Assembly: GCA_964581635.1 (NCBI GenBank)
Contig: CAZOPH010000001.1
Coordinates: 16,316-80,315, forward strand
From: an uncultured Smithella sp.
GTDB lineage: Bacteria; Desulfobacterota; Syntrophia; Syntrophales; Smithellaceae
DNA length: 64,000 bases
Direction: 5' to 3'
Shown: one piece after another, positions 62,906 through 64,000 of the stretch
Numbering within the stretch: position 1 is the first letter of the stretch
Layout: every line of letters starts with the position of its first letter
Position numbers and translations under genes: made by a program
The notes under the pieces: generated by a model
What the model was told of the DNA's origin: nothing
Seen by the model: only the letters and a program-made list of their open reading frames with translations
Database searches by the model: none

Positions 62906-63235
62906 TTATTTATGCGGCAGTGTGTGGACAAAGGATACGGCTCTTTGCAACCAGTCATTTAATGCATCGTCATCGTCCAACGCTTTGGCTAAAACCATCA
63001 CCCAGCCTTTGAGCGGTTTACCTGTGAGATCAAACTTTCTGGTATGAGGCATCTTAAGCATCTCTTCGTATTTATCAGCGCCAACGCGCACAATCAGGTC
63101 TTCACTGATAATGCCGCAGACCATGTTGCCGAAAAGCAAAAAGCATAATCCGCCGAACATTTTCTTCTCATCAAAACCCGGCTCTTCTTCCAACACCTCA
63201 CGGACTCTCTGAGCCAAGCCCTTATCGTAAGCCAT
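62906..63235 (-). CDS. TfoX N-terminal domain protein
   Basis: 109 aa. KKMFGGLCFLLFGNM pattern typical of stand-alone TfoX_N proteins. Confidence 0.7.
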   Translation of the reverse strand: MAYDKGLAQRVREVLEEEPGFDEKKMFGGLCFLLFGNMVCGIISEDLIVRVGADKYEEMLKMPHTRKFDLTGKPLKGWVMVLAKALDDDDALNDWLQRAVSFVHTLPHK

Positions 63236-63390
63236 CAGTCACTTCACCCGTGGCCGTGGACACCCACGGACTTTCCGCTATTTATTTTCTTGCCATCGTC
63301 CGGCTTATTCACCCAAGCATACACTTCGTATGCCTTGTTGACATACACGCAATGACAACGTGATGAAGTCAATTAATTAGTCCTATTATA

Positions 63391-64000
63391 TCAAACATTT
63401 TCAAGTTCCATTGCCCCGCAATCTTTTAAGAATTTCCAGACCCCATCGTAGAATTCAACATTGCGTGTTTTATCTTCGCCTGAACGGTCACCTGTAGGGA
63501 CAAAAATAATCATTCCTTTGCGAGCCCTCGTAAGCAGAACGCGGTAGCCGTTCTTAGCTACGTCAAGAAGTTTGTCTTTCTGCCAATCAGAACCAGACAA
63601 TTTGTACGCAATCCACTTTTCATTCTCGCGGCGTAGGTCGGCATCCCAACAGACAACGCAGTAGTCCAACTCCAGTCCTTGAATGTAATATTGATTTTGA
63701 ACTGTTTCCAATGCATTTGATGAACGGATATCTGTACTCGGTGCTAACATCCATGTTGCAATATCAGGCTTGTAATCCACAAACAAACCTTCGGCGGCCA
63801 AACGTCTTGCTTGACTAGACGCAATAAGCCCTGACCTCTGACCACCGACAGTCATAAACTTGGCCCATTTGCGCGCAGATTCAAGACTTCGTGTTACCCA
63901 TATTGTATTCTTGTTTTTCGCTAGAGTTTTCGCCAAAGATTGTGCCACGTAAACGTCCCCATCAAGTACTGCGCTACTCCATTCCTCAACTTTGGCGTTA
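63391..64000 (-). CDS. DUF2075-like helicase-related protein, C-terminal part (5' end lies outside the window)
   Basis: The reading frame stays open upstream of the tracked GTG (63948) all the way to the window edge (...NAKVEEWSSAVLDGDVYVAQSL...). C-terminal LLTRARKGMIIFVP motif. Confidence 0.6.
   Translation of the reverse strand, partial: NAKVEEWSSAVLDGDVYVAQSLAKTLAKNKNTIWVTRSLESARKWAKFMTVGGQRSGLIASSQARRLAAEGLFVDYKPDIATWMLAPSTDIRSSNALETVQNQYYIQGLELDYCVVCWDADLRRENEKWIAYKLSGSDWQKDKLLDVAKNGYRVLLTRARKGMIIFVPTGDRSGEDKTRNVEFYDGVWKFLKDCGAMELENV

Overview
This 64 kb window is densely coding and consists almost entirely of core housekeeping genes. It looks like an anaerobic, Desulfobacterota-like bacterium; that guess rests only on gene content (iorAB, several radical SAM enzymes, archaeal-type iPGM-like gene) and is low confidence. 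By eye the base composition is moderately AT-rich.

Recognisable blocks, in order:
- dapA-dapB-folK, tal, pgsA
- tRNA-Gly and tRNA-Cys
- pepA plus two OppD/F-like ABC ATPases
- a csp gene, then miaA
- panB
- tilS-ftsH-folP-acpS-tsaE-lysC
- tRNA-Pro
- tRNA-Leu-tig-clpP-clpX-lon-tRNA-Val-tRNA-Asp
- corC-lnt-prfB; prfB carries the classical +1 frameshift site, which the ORF track misses
- an MltD-like gene
- phoH, a 7TM-HD gene and ybeY (minus strand)
- a tightly coupled radical SAM / small membrane protein / M16 pair / M20 operon (minus strand)
- dtd, guaB, dnaE
- a co-directional hom-to-iorB-cbpA array (minus strand)
- panE-like, a second radical SAM gene, TfoX, and an edge-truncated DUF2075-like gene

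I found six tRNAs. I found no rRNA, CRISPR array, transposase, integrase or obvious prophage or defence island.

I see no convincing new multi-gene system. The most interesting leads are modest:
- the five-gene radical SAM/M16/M20 operon
- a GT2-like gene translationally coupled to miaA
- a PGM-like gene after hom (possible alternative homoserine kinase)
- a radical SAM gene with CX4CX2C spacing behind a promoter that contains a perfect palindrome
- an unannotated 42-codon ORF between the DUF2075-like gene and tfoX

All family calls come from motif recognition by eye. No searches were run. Hand-counted coordinates of non-CDS features may be off by 1-2 nt.
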